64,000 nucleotides of DNA from Macrostomum lignano (Eukaryota): assembly GCA_002269645.1 (NCBI GenBank), contig NIVC01003968.1:3291-67290 (forward strand). The letters run 5' to 3'. A model generated the notes under the pieces. The model did not search any database and was not told where the DNA came from. It saw only the letters and a list, made by a program, of their open reading frames with translations. A program made the position numbers and the translations under genes. Shown piece after piece: positions 25,446 through 37,945 of the stretch. Position 1 is the first letter of the stretch; every line of letters starts with the position of its first letter.

Positions 25446-27430
25446 ATACATTACCGATCTAAGTGATAGGCCGTGTGGGCCTGTCCGAAGATAGCTTTTA
25501 ACAAAAGACATGATTTTGAAACAAATTTGCAGTTTTCAAGTTCCGAAATTGAAATTGAATACGTCAATTTAGTGCTAAAGAACGGAAAACTTTACCAAAA
25601 AATTGCAAGATTTGCAGCGTCTTACGTCAGCTGTTCAAAGTTCGTGTGCGCCAGCGCCCTTATCGCGTAATCCAGACGAAGGAATGAAAAACAAAAACAA
25701 GAGAATTGCATTAATATGCTACTTTCTACTGTTGCTAGCAGTATGTTTGGACTGTGCTTTAACTTTGAAACAGGTTTGCCGTATTTTAATAATGTTTCTG
25801 AATCATTGAACTTTTTTTCAAATCACTGTACCTCGTGGTTAAGTTTGAACTGGAGTTTGAAAGAAAGTTAGGAACTGAATGAATTTTTGGGTATTCTATT
25901 ATGAACTCGTTACCAGTAGCATTATGGTGTCCAGCATACGAAGAAAGTAGCAAAAAGGCATTGTTACTTTAAGTAAAAGCATGAGAACTACATCATTAAA
26001 GTCTCCAGACATGAGCCCCATCGAGCAACGCGAAGAGTTCATCAGGGTACATTGTTTAACTGTTGTGCCGCGTGACTTGACTTGACTATTGCTCTGCCCC
26101 ACCTTTACCAAGGTCAGGGCACCCAACTCGGCCCTACTAAGGGACCTTTCCGACGTTTTCAGCTCCAAGAATCTCTGCCAACTCATACACTTACCCTAAA
26201 GTTATCGGGCGAGCGACCATCCACCTCCTGGACTCAACGCCACCCCGATGTATCCGGATATCCAGAGTCCCCTGCAGCTTAGCCAAGTAAGTCAAGTAGC
26301 TATTGCTCTCCCAGCGGACGAGCGTATGTTCGCGTGGATTGTTATGCGTAGCACAAGGCAAAGCGTGCGTGTCTTCAGCGTCGATACTGATACAGTGTAT
26401 GAATTGAACAAGTTAGAAAGTTCTGCATCAGATTCTGTATGTTATTGGTTTTATCAAGAAGCGGTGACCTCTCCCTCTCTTAATTTATTATTCGAAGCTG
26501 AGACAGTGATTGGCTAAGATAGTTACGAGTATGATTGGATAGGAAAACACGAAAAAACGGCAAGTTGCAAGGCTACATGTAAGAACAAAATGTTTGGGAC
26601 AAGTTAGTTTTGAACTGGAATATACGAGACACTGGTACTGACTCAACCAAAAATGATGTCCTAGAAATTCCCAATCCAGAATTAAAGCGCACAGTCCAAT
26701 CACAGTTTAGATTAGCAACTGTGCTGCGAAACAATTGAGGACTGCATGATCAAAGATTCCTCACGAGAACAGGACCCGCCCAAAGTGCCAATGTCAAACG
26801 TCGAAAGAATGATTCATAGAATTGTGCAGAAAGCTTACAAAATACAGCACGCGAAAAATAAGAGATTTTAAAAAAATATATATTTTGACGCTTCTGACGT
26901 TAAATAGAGTTTTTACCAGTTTTACCATGATCCATCAAGGAAAGCTTTAGAAAACATTCATTAGCACTAAGAGATTGGAATAATTGAAATTTCTCTGAAA
27001 TCCTTGCTCTCTTACCAATCTAGTGTAGTTTGGTTTTTATCGAAACTTCAGCTGGATAAAATATGAAAATGAAAATCTTGAAAGTGGAAATTTTGAAAAG
27101 TAGCGTTCTTATAATCAAGTAGTCCGTTCTTGTCTCTGTCACGTGACCTGGGCACGAATATGGGAGTTTAGCCTATTAGCTGGAGCTAATATGGCCTACC
27201 CCAAAGAGAAATGGGAAAATTTTCAAGTTGGCGCTTTAATCCTTTCGAATCCATCAGTTAGTTTCCCTCGACATTGTACAACGACCTCCGTAATTAAAAT
27301 GTAATTAAAGTCATGTGATGGGCCTGAAAACCTGAATATCTAAGAAGCTCTTACATACTTTTCTCAATTCTGATCATCGGGTCCAAAATGATCGCCATTC
27401 TAAAAGAATGCCCGAATATGAGCTCAAGCT

Positions 27431-29513
27431 TCAAACGTGAAGCTGCATTGGTTGAGTCTCAGCCTGCACTTGAACCACCTCCCTCACGGCCCCATTTGAG
27501 TTGCCAACCTCGGGAACGGCCGAATACCGGACGCGTAGTGGCTGCCCAGCACCGTCACCGCTGCCCAGCTGGCCGCAGCATCGCCCACAGGCCCGAGAGT
27601 CGGCAACGGGTGAAGCAAAAGCAAAGTAGATGATTGGGTTGAGCACGCTGTGCAGCAGAACGAGGTGGCGCAGCAGCGGCATCAGCGGCGAGTCGGCGAG
27701 CAAGCGACCGTTAGAAAATACGTTGGCCAGGATGGCTAGGAGATACGGCAGCCAGCAGGCTAGGAAGGCGTTTACAACTGTCAGACTCATGTACACCGCC
27801 CTGATTTTAGCTCGCGATAGGAGCCGACTGCCGGATGCGCGATGGACGGTCAAGCGCTGACCAATTACTCCAGTGTTGCTGCTGCTGTGGGCTTCGCTAG
27901 CGCAGCTAATGCTATTTGGGTTGGACAGCTCGGCATTGTGGGCGGCTCGGGTGCGGCGCCAAATTGTTTGTACAATTCGAGTGTAACAATAGACCATGAT
28001 AGTTGTGGGAATGGCGAACACAAACAACGGTACGTAAAGAACGTAAACTTTACGCTGCCAATCGGCCGTGTAGCCACTGCTACTACATTGAATAACGCTG
28101 ACGTTGAATGGGTTGTCTTCAGCGTCAGTTTGTTCTACTGAGACCGTCTTGACACGAAAGATTAATAGTTGTGGCGTAGAGAATAGCAGTGCAGCCAGCC
28201 AGCATGCGCCGATGCGGCGGGCAATAAAACTGTTGCTACGAAATATTGCGAGCGGTTTAACAATCACCTGTTGGTTGGTTGGTTGGTTGGTTGGTTGGTT
28301 GGTTGGTTGGTTGGTTGGTTGGTTGGTTGGTTGGTTGGTTGGTTGGTTGGTTGGTTGGTTGGTTGGTTGGTTGGTTGGTTGGTTGGTTGGTTGGTTGGTT
28401 GGTTGGTTGGTTGGTTGGTTGGTTGGTTGGTTGGTTGGTTGGTTGGTTGGTTGGTTGGTTGGTTGGTTGGTTGGTTGGTTGGTTGGTTGGTTGGTTGGTT
28501 GGTTGGTTGGTTGGTTGGTTGGTTGGTTGGTTGGTTGGTTGGTTGGTTGGTTGGTTGGTTGGTTGGTTGGTTGGTTGGTTGGTTGGTTGGTTGGTTGGTT
28601 GGTTGGTTGGTTGGTTGGTTGGTTGGTTGGTTGGTTGGTTGGTTGGTTGGTTGGTTGGTTGGTTGGTTGGTTGGTTGGTTGGTTGGTTGGTTGGTTGGTT
28701 GGTTGGTTGGTTGGTTGGTTGGTTGGTTGGTTGGTTGGTTGGTTGGTTGGTTGGTTGGTTGGTTGGTTGGTTGGTTGGTTGGTTGGTTGGTTGGTTGGTT
28801 GGTTGGTTGGTTGGTTGGTTGGTTGGTTGGTTGGTTGGTTGGTTGGTTGGTTGGTTGGTTGGTTGGTTGGTTGGTTGGTTGGTTGGTTGGTTGGTTGGTT
28901 GGTTGGTTGGTTGGTTGGTTGGTTGGTTGGTTGGTTGGTTGGTTGGTTGGTTGGTTGGTTGGTTGGTTGGTTGGTTGGTTGGTTGGTTGGTTGGTTGGTT
29001 GGTTGGTTGGTTGGTTGGTTGGTTGGTTGTTGTTGGTTGGTTGGTTGGTTGGTTGGTTGGTTGGTTGGTTGGTTGGTTGGTTGGTTGGTTGGTTGGTTGG
29101 TTGGTTGGTTGGTTGGTTGGTTGGTTGGTTGGTTGGTTGGTTGGTTGGTTGGTTGGTTGGTTGGTTGGTTGGTGGCTGTATAGTTAAATCTGTAAAGCTG
29201 ATGCTGATCCTACCTCAAAGCGATCAATGCTCATAGCCACCAGCAGAAAAGCGGTGGACGCCAGGCACACAAACTGCGTGTAGACAGTCATCTTACACAT
29301 GACGACGCCTAGAGTCCATTGACCGAACACCGTAAATAGCAGCTCTCCCGTGCAGACTACCGAACCCACAGCCAAATCACCAACGGCCAAGTTCAGTAGG
29401 AAGCAATTGAGGCGAAGGATTCGGCCAGTTTGACGTCGGGCTCGACGAATGTGTGCTACAAGTAGAGCGTTGCCGCACAGAGTCGTAAGCATAATCGCGC
29501 CTAGGAGAGCCAA
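27431..29513 (-). CDS. Rhodopsin-class neuropeptide GPCR of the vasopressin/CCAP-NPS/GnRH superfamily; exons about 29513(+)-29214 and 28267-27431; true start upstream and unresolved
   Basis: TM1-3: [24 protein letters not shown]. Splice GAG|GTAGGA ... CAACAG|GTG joins DRFE|VIVKPL in frame. TM4-7: [37 protein letters not shown]. Confidence 0.85.
28270..29172. repeat. (TTGG)n / (CCAA)n microsatellite, ~900 bp, intronic
   Basis: Direct inspection; one interruption (ttgttg) near 29030. Confidence 0.98.
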
Positions 29514-32149
29514 CGTGCCAACAGACTGCTTGCTCAGATGGTACTCGTAGACGACTGGTCCGTTAGCATTTCGTGAACTGTGTTGATTGATGGAATAAGT
29601 GGGTTTTCATCTACTGACGGTATCGTTTCCTGTCTTGCATGTAAAATTTTGGTAATTGTTTAACCTTTGGTGAATAAATCAGTCATTGAAGAAAGAGTCT
29701 GAGTATGATTATAGGTCTCAGTAGCGCATGAAAACGTGCTTGCACAAAAGATAAAGCTATTAAGGCTCATATGCAAGTCCTAAACATGTATCCTATACAT
29801 GCAGTACTAAAAATAGTTCCAATTATACTCACCGGTTTAGCAGCCCCAACTCTTGCATGTCTGCTACCAAGTGATACTTTGACCACTTCCTACTTTGAAC
29901 TATTATAGTGGGTGGTGTTAACAAACTCAGTAAGTACACTGATGCGGGAGAAATTCCGGGCAGATAATTTTTCTGTAGACTAGAAAATAAGTCTCTAATT
30001 TAGCTACTCTGCTTTTGTAGCCTGATATTTGGACAGTCAGCTTCCCCAAGAGGCTGAGCTCAATGCAGCCAATAAGCAAGCTTTCCATCGTTTTTGCCTT
30101 TCCATCGATGGCTCTAGTTTTGAGTAGAGTTTCGTTGCGCCTGCCTTCTATTCATTATGCACCATTGCTTTCTGGGAGAACAACCAAAATCAAGTCCCAC
30201 TTAGTTACCGGCATGAAACGGAAACTCTTTAGATTCTCTCATATAGAACTTCATGGGAAACTCAGTTTTGCTCTGAAAGATAGCTCAACTTTAATTGGCA
30301 TGAGCCAAGAATAAGAGCCTCCGACAGATTCTCGTACATGTAGACATTTGAGTCGCCAAGTGTCAATCCGAATTTCTCGCGAACAGAACGAAACGGATCC
30401 CGACAATTTGCTTTTCATGCTATTTTGAAGAGAGATTGCACTGTCCTGTAGATGATTTCGCGCTTGTAGTTTCTGACCTCTGCCACTTAATTTGGTCTAC
30501 AGTCATTTTTTTCTTTGACGATTTTGCTCCTGATTTGATTGGAACCACAGAAGATACACGGAATTCTCCCTGATTTTTTCTGCTGCACTAGCAACGCAGG
30601 CACACGAAATTCAAGAAGGCAGAACAACTGTCTGTTACGCACCTTCTCAAACCCTTGAGAAGGTGCGTATGGTTGCCAGCCCTCTGGACCGTCGAGATAT
30701 TCAACAATTCAGTGTACCCCGGAGCGCCAAAACAGCACTGCGCCTCAGTGCGGCCTTGCTAAGCTTCTGAATTTCATCAGCCACGTTGAGCACATCTGTT
30801 TACATTAGCTCTGACTTCGTTGGTCACGTACTGGCCTTCACCCAGGCGGAGCTTCTGGACCTTCAGCAGGTGGCACCAGGTGACACCCTGTACGGAATTT
30901 CTCAAGTTTCGTTGATCAAGCCTTGACAGCAAACTTCAACTGTCGGACATCCTCAGCTAGTCTCTCGAACATTCCGTCATCTCTCCGATGCTGTCGGCAG
31001 CGAGTCAGCGCGTGTATCGTGCCCACAGACCAATGAATATAACTAGACCCGACCCGTGCACCTCCTACATGTAATCCCCATCTTTTGAGACAGAAAATCT
31101 GTGTAAAAATAGTCATTCAGATTCCACTAACTGTGAGGAACTGTAAATAAAGTCCAATAAATGACTTGAATATTGAAACTATATCACGTATACTTTTTGG
31201 ACTCGAAGCCCGTATTCGTGCGTGTTAGAGATGTAACTGCACTAAAACATGTTTTCATACAGTGTCTATAGTCTACCTTTCGCTTAGGTGTTAAGCAGCA
31301 GCCTCAAAAAAGTAATTCCTAACCATGTATCTCAATAAAAGCAACTTAATCTAGCATGCTTCGCTGCTGTCTGATAAAAATTGTTTTTCAACTACCTGGA
31401 CTAGGAACTATGATTGTCTGCTACATCTCTGAGTAACATCTCTGCTTCGAAAATCCGATTTAAAAGTCAAATCACCGAGTCAATATGCTTCCCAGTTTCC
31501 CATGCAATCTGTAGAGCACTGATTACCTGGGTGAAAATAACAAAATATCTGATCCTCGAGACAGCAAGAAAAAATATCTGTTTTGAACTTTCCGGATCGG
31601 AGCTGAGCTGATCCGGGAATTCCTAGCGGAATCAGCTGTATCCTTGGGGATTTATTCCCATGCTGAATACGGATTAAAGAAAGAAAGCATCTATTCTGGT
31701 CAAGCAATAATTCATCAGTATGTTTCCGATTTTTCCTCTTCATTTCTTTAGAAGCGCATTCGAATAAAAACAGGAAATGTGATGACCTTTCTTCTACAAC
31801 CATTAGAGCTAAAAACTACTCATACTTGAGTGCAGACCGCTCAACAAAGTCGCGTGATAGCTTTTTTATCTTTTTCAAAAGTATTACTGCTGTTAAACAA
31901 GATTTCAGGCAACTGTTCTTGGGGTAGAGACAATTTGTTTCGGTAGTCTATCATTGCTCTATAATATACATAAATATTTATACTCAGCAACAGTCAAAAG
32001 TTCCACCCTCTAAGCGAGATGAATTTTCTCACTTTTCGAGTGACGCAACTTACGGCACGCGCGAGTCTTATTGCCACTTGAATTGACCAGGATAACAATA
32101 ACGCACCACCACACCGAGCCGATGCTGTTAGTCAACTAAAAGAACAGCT

Positions 32150-32400
32150 ACAGCTGAGCACTCTGCGCTGGCCTTCCCGGTCCCCAGACATGAATCCCAT
32201 CGAGCATGTCTCGTGAGACTTTCCAAAACGCAGCATTCGAAAAGAGAATCCACCACAGAATGTTGCGGAGCTGCGTCATGCCATTGAAACCGCTTGGCAG
32301 CAGCTTCTCCAGGACTTTCTGCACCGCCTCATCCTGGGGATGCCGCGCAGAGTCGCCGGCGCCGCACTTCTGCGTGCGAAGGGATCCCACACGCGTTAGT
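32150..32400 (+). mobile_element. Tc1/mariner transposase C-terminal relic
   Basis: Translates to LRWPSRSPDMNPIEHV...ELRHAIETAWQQ...LHRLILGMPRRV, matching WPxxSPDLNPIE and the Tc1 C-terminus; contains stops and frameshifts. Confidence 0.8.
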
Positions 32401-32423
32401 AAGTATCGCGATTCTAACTGCTT

Positions 32424-33220
32424 ATCTCTAACTATAAAAATCAAAACTCTGTCTGTGTGTCTGTCTGTCTGTCTGTCTGTGTGTCTGTGGACAATTTTGA
32501 TCGCTATGGACTCCCAAACCACTCAACCAACTAACACCAAATTTTACACCCACCCTAAACTCACTACGGAGAATGTCTTAGGCTATCTTTTAATTTCCTA
32601 AATTTGAGTCTTCCTACCTAAAAGTGCAAAAAACTGCTCAAAATGCGCGATTTTTTCACTAACTCCTCCATAGCGCCGCTCCACTTCTACCGATTCTCTT
32701 CAAATTTGACACAGATTATCTTTAACTATTTTGGCACAATCGTGTAAAATTTCGAGTATCAAAGTTAATCCTGAGCGGTGCTGTGCGCTTTTAAAGTTAG
32801 GCTGTTTTTTTCAGCGTAGCAACCACCCCAACCTCCGCCCGCCTGCCTCTCTTTCCCGATCTGGGCCCAGATGTGTAAAAGGGTTTCAAAATTGACTAAC
32901 TTTCAGCTGCCATAAGTTTGCTCCACGTAAAGCGATTGACTTCAAGCTTGACACAATTCTTCATTGACTCATTCTCTATCTAAATGTAAAGTTTCAACTC
33001 TGTAACTCAACCGAAAAAGAAACTGTAAGCATGTGAAGTTTGTCTGCTTTTTCTGTTGTTTGTGCCACTCACTCACTCATTCCCCCCAGAGCGAGACGAA
33101 GGGTCAGGCGATAGGACTGAATGTACATAGCAAATGTACAGTGTTTTGGAATAACTTTTTAATAGCCTTCTCTGTACCCCCGAGCGTGGAGAGGCTACGT
33201 TTAGCCATGACAGTTTAGTG
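32424..33220 (+). mobile_element. Possible non-autonomous Helitron-like element with a 5' (TCTG)n microsatellite
   Basis: TC start, TATAAAAA, then (TCTG)n and ...ACCAAATTTTACAC resemble 5' ends of microsatellite-bearing Helitron derivatives. The 3' end was not confidently found. Confidence 0.35.
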
Positions 33221-33654
33221 AGAAATTCTAACCACTGTCCTTTGTATTGGCAAACTCTGCAGCAGTTTAACAGTGGATGGCAAATCGAGGGAATCCAGCA
33301 TGGTTTGTAAAAGCGAAAGATTTATGATAAGGCGATGCAATGCAATACAACCCTACTAAATTAGGCACACCATGGAAATTTTAGGTTTCTTTTATAGGTA
33401 CTGTGTAAATATTAAATGGCCTCCTAAGAGATGCGTATTTCCTTGGTTGTTAGACTGATGCAGACTGCAGTGGAGCTGAAGATACACAAATTCCTTTCAG
33501 GGCTGCAAATTGGCAAGAAAGATGACGTGATCAAAGCGTGAGAACAACCATGAGAGTACTACGTCCCACAAACTGGCTTTCCAAGCAGGGATAGACAGAC
33601 TTTTACCTCAAAGGCCAGATAAAGAATCCAGCTCATAGCTGAGGGGCAGATGAA

Positions 33655-34305
33655 AGTGGAAAGAAGAAGGAATAGACGATTCGAAGAGAGGAGAGGCGAT
33701 AGAGGGGATAAAAGAAAAGATAAAAGATAATAGGAGAGATGAGGGGGTGAGGACGATGAGAGAGAGGGGAGAAGAGGGGAGAGAGGAAAAGCAAAAGGAG
33801 AGAGTAGAGATGAGAGAGCAGAGAGCTGCAGATGAGAGGAGACAGCAGAGAGGAGAGCAGAAAGGAAACAGGTGAAAGAAGGGATGAGAGAGTAAAGGGA
33901 AGAGAGAAGAGATAAAGATACATCTCTACATCTCTAAGGTTGTAGAGATGAGAGAGGTGGAAGGAGAGATGAGAGATAACGGAGAGAGGAGAGTGGAGTG
34001 AGAGAAGAGAGGGAGACAGAGTATAGAAAAGGGAAGAGAAGAGAAAAGAAGAAAGGAGAAAGGAAAGTGAGGAGTCAAAAGAGGGGAAAGAAAAGAGTAC
34101 AGAGGAGAGAGGTGAGAGAACATATAAGACAGAGATGCCAGATTAAAGAGGGGGATGAGAGAGCAGAGATGAGAGTGAACAGATAAAAGATGGGAGAGTA
34201 GAGAGAACAGAGGAGAGGTTACAGAGACGAGAGGAGAGAGGAGAGGAAAGAGGAGAATGGAGAGGGGAGAGAGTAGAGAGAGGAGGAGAGATAAGAGAGA
34301 AAGAC

Positions 34306-34383
<78 letters not shown>

Positions 34384-34800
34384 AGCAGAGAGAAATGAGA
34401 AGAGATAAGAGAGAAAAGATAAAAGAAGAGAAAGGAAAGATGAGAGAGCAAAGACGAGAGAGAAAAGAGGTGAGGGAAGAGAGAAGAGGGACAGATGAGA
34501 GAGTAGTGGAGAGAGTTAGGAGAAGAGAGAAAAGAATAGAAAGGAGAAGGAAGATGAGAGAGAAGTGGGGGTGAGAGGAGAGAGGAGAGGGCGAGAGAGG
34601 AGAGAGGAGAGGAGAGAGAAAACGAAAAAGTAGAGAGGAGAAAGGAGAGGAGAGAGAAAAGAAGAGACAAGAGATGAGATAAGAGAGATGAAAGAGAAGA
34701 GAGATGAGGGAAGATACGAGAGAAGAGGGGAGAGAGGAGAGAGGAGAGACGAGGGACGAGAGAGATGAGAGGAAACAAAGAGACGATAGAAATTTTAAAG
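33655..34800. repeat. GA-rich polypurine low-complexity tract with a pure (GA)n core at about 34312-34375
   Basis: Direct inspection. Confidence 0.95.
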
Positions 34801-35658
34801 GATCCAAGGGACGTAGGGAGAGTCAGGGAGAGACCAGAGTTTAGCAATATATGTTTTAGAGTCAGACAGACATTGCCTGACATTCTGCGCAGTACCCCAG
34901 CCAACAATGTCTCAAACCCTAATTTTACACGAATGTGCTCCATTTTATGTCTACCTCTATCCTACTAACTATTAACAAGTTTTTGTTTGTGTATGGCCTT
35001 AGATTTCAGAATACATGCAAAAATAGTTCCGGGGATTGGAATTCCCCGGGTTCAAAATCCGCGGGTTTCAACAGCTTGTATTGCATAAAAAATAAACTTA
35101 TGATTATGTGCGACTGACGTTAGATTCGATCAACTTTCCTTTCCTCGCGGCTGCTTAGTTTCGTAACTTCAGGGTTGAATTGTGATGAGTGAGAAGTTGT
35201 CACAATAAGTAAGAAAATTTTCATCTCGCTTGGAGAGTGGAACTTTTGACTGTTGCTGAGTGATATTCGTTAAAACAAATGCATGGTTCTCTAAATCCCT
35301 TTCTAAAATGGGTGAATATCTTATCGATTTTTTAGTTGGAAGTTGAATGATTCAGGCTCTAACCGTTAAGACTCGCTTAACATTCTAAGCTTTCTAACAT
35401 TTCATCCAGCCCCTAAGTGGAGTGGGGTGGGTGAGCGTGTTATCGATTTTTGCTTGGCTTTACCCCGTACAAGTTTTCGCTAAACCCTCGTAAGTGTTTA
35501 CGAGCTAATTGGCATCGACGCTTGCGCGTGAGGAGGGGGTGAAGTGAATATTATCGATTTTTGCGTTGGGCAACAACTCATCTACATAACCCCCCACGCT
35601 AGAGAAACCCCACATTTTATGGCTTTAGCTGTAGTGCCATAGGTATGGACCCAAATTA

Positions 35659-35979
35659 AAATGAGTTGTCACTTTTATTGCCTTAAATCACCTATGTCTC
35701 CATTCACTGACTTTAGCTGTTATTACTCTAGTATATTGTGTTTGCTTTAAGATAGGAAAATTAGGCTACGTGATAAAAATGATTAATCAGTCTGGATTAA
35801 TCGTTTATTTAATTAAATCATTAAATCATTTAATTAATTAAATGAGTTGACACTTTTATTGCCTTAAATCACCTATGTCTCCATTCACTGACTTTAGCTG
35901 TTATTACTCTAGTATATTGTGTTTGCTCTAAGATAGGAAAATTAGGCTACGTGATAAAAATGATTAATCAGTCTGGATC
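35659..35979. repeat. Two ~140-bp direct repeats separated by an AT-rich spacer
   Basis: AAATGAGTTG(T/A)CACTTTTATTGCC...AATCAGTCTGGAT at 35659-35798 and 35840-35979. Confidence 0.9.
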
Positions 35980-36123
35980 TTAAACCCACACTACTCTCCT
36001 AAATTCCAAAGCTTGCCAACATTGCCATCGATTTTGTCCAGTTTTTCTAACTAGTGATGAGATTTTGTGGGATTTTTTGCTGGCGTTGTGAATTCGAACC
36101 AGCCTTTGGCGTTGAACACGGAG

Positions 36124-37280
36124 CACCCCAACTGCCAGCCGACAACTGCCAGCCGGAAAACTGCCAGCCGACAACTGCCAGTCGACAACTGCCAGCCGAC
36201 AACTGCCAGCCGACAACTGCCAGTCGACAATTGCCAGTCGACAATTGCCAGCCGAGAAAACTTCCAGCCGGAAAACTGCCAGCCGACAACTGCCAGCGAG
36301 AAATCTGCCAGCCAACAACTGCCAGCCGACAAGTACTAGCTAATTGAATCTACTGTAGCCTACTTATTAGCTAAGTAAAAAGCACGAAACTGTTTGGCTA
36401 GCAAAAGGCTTGTGGGGTAGCCTTACATGTCGCCCTTCCCTTTCCTAATTTTTTCAGATTTCCATTAGAAGTATATATGTGAAGGAGAAGGCATTCTGTA
36501 ATGCCTATTGTAAATATTTCTGTATTGATTACATTATTATTTAATTTGCGATTGCTATATGACGCAATCCTAGATAAGTCTATTAAATTACTTTACTTAA
36601 ATAAAGCTTTCAAAGAAAGAGCAAAGGCTACATAAATTCGAAATTTGAATGCCTTCTCCTTCACATATATACATGTACTTCTAATGGAAATCTGAAAAAA
36701 TTAGGAAAGGGAAGGGCGACATTTAAGGCTACCCCACAAGCCTTTTGCTAGCCAAACAGTTTCGTGCTTTTTACTTAGCTAATAAGTAGGCTACAGTAGA
36801 TTCAATTAGCTAGAACTTGTCGGCTGGCAGTTGTTGGCTGGCAGATTTCTCGGCTGGCAGTTGTCGGCAGGCAGTTTTCCGGCTGGCAGTTTTCTCGGCT
36901 GGCAATTGTCGGCTGGCAGTTGTTGGCTGGCAGTTTTCCGGCTGGAAGTTTTCTCGGCTGGCAATTGTCGGCTGGCAATTGTCGACTGGCAGTTTTCCGG
37001 CTGGCAGTTTTCTCGGCTGGCAATTGTCGGCTGGCAGTTGTTGGCTGGCAGTTTTCCGGCTGGAAGTTTTCTCGGCTGGCAGTTGTCGGCAGGCAGTTTT
37101 CCGGCTGGCAGTTTTCTCGGCTGGCAATTGTCGACTGGCAATTGTCGACTGGCAGTTGTCGGCTGGCAGTTTTCCGGCTGGCAGTTTTCTCGGCTAGCAA
37201 TTGTCGGCTGGCAATTGTCGACTGGCAGTTTTCCGGCTGGCAGTTGTCGGCTGGCAGTTTTCCGGCTGGCAGTTGGGGTG
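36124..37280. mobile_element. Foldback-like non-autonomous element with modular terminal inverted repeats
   Basis: Outer arrays of CAACTGCCAGCCGA-like units at 36124-36335 and their reverse complement at 36814-37280. Unique inner arms 36336-36496 and 36647-36813 are reverse complements, with a 150-bp spacer. Confidence 0.8.
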
Positions 37281-37945
37281 GACCCGTTGAAGGGTCACAC
37301 TTCGAATCAGTTTATAAAAGTTTAAAATTCACTGTTTATATAATCGGAAGTAAGAAAAAATTAAAACCTTTATTGGTATTTAACGCATTTTTGTTTATGT
37401 TGCGTTCCAGCACTTTTTCACAGAATAGGACGAATTTATTTAGCTAACAATAAACAGAAAGTAATAAGTAAATAATGGCATAGAGACGCAGTTTAAAAAA
37501 CTACAATAGTACACAAAGAGTATTCTTATATACCCAGTAAAACCAGTGATCATTAATACTACGAGTACATCACTAAGATACGACTGTCTGTTCCAGTGAT
37601 TCTTATATTTTACAAGCAAAGTTGTAGTCAGAATCGCTAGTGCATTTATATGCTCTCGTGAAATAAGAATTTGTCTGAGATAAGGACTTTACAGCTCTCG
37701 ATATGACATTCTTGTTCATATAACCTGACCGTGATTCAAAGAATGCAAGAATCAAGAAACAACAGAGAGCATCAATTGCTAACAGTCTACACAACAGAGA
37801 TTTACTGAAAGAAAGCTGAAAAGTACATGGCTGTTGGAAAACGTTTTTTTTCTAGAAAGAAAGTGATCCAGTTTTACATTTTATATCTACCGGTCTTTAA
37901 AATGCAGTAAAACTGAAAGTAATAATCTAATTATATTTAATGAGG

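Noticed and set aside
26000-26045. Tc1 SPDMSPIE motif
   Set aside because: Too short and isolated to delimit an element.
28104-29236. Long ORFs of (WLVG)n
   Set aside because: They are translations of the (TTGG)n microsatellite, which lies inside a phase-consistent GPCR intron on the other strand.
30300-31150. Possible decayed TE coding region
   Set aside because: Many stops and no recognisable motif by eye.
33633-34943. Leu/Ser-rich and Arg/Glu-rich ORFs
   Set aside because: Artefacts of the GA-rich low-complexity tract.
35980-37447. Many overlapping repeat ORFs (NCQP/LAVV)
   Set aside because: Stop-free frames of the foldback subrepeats.
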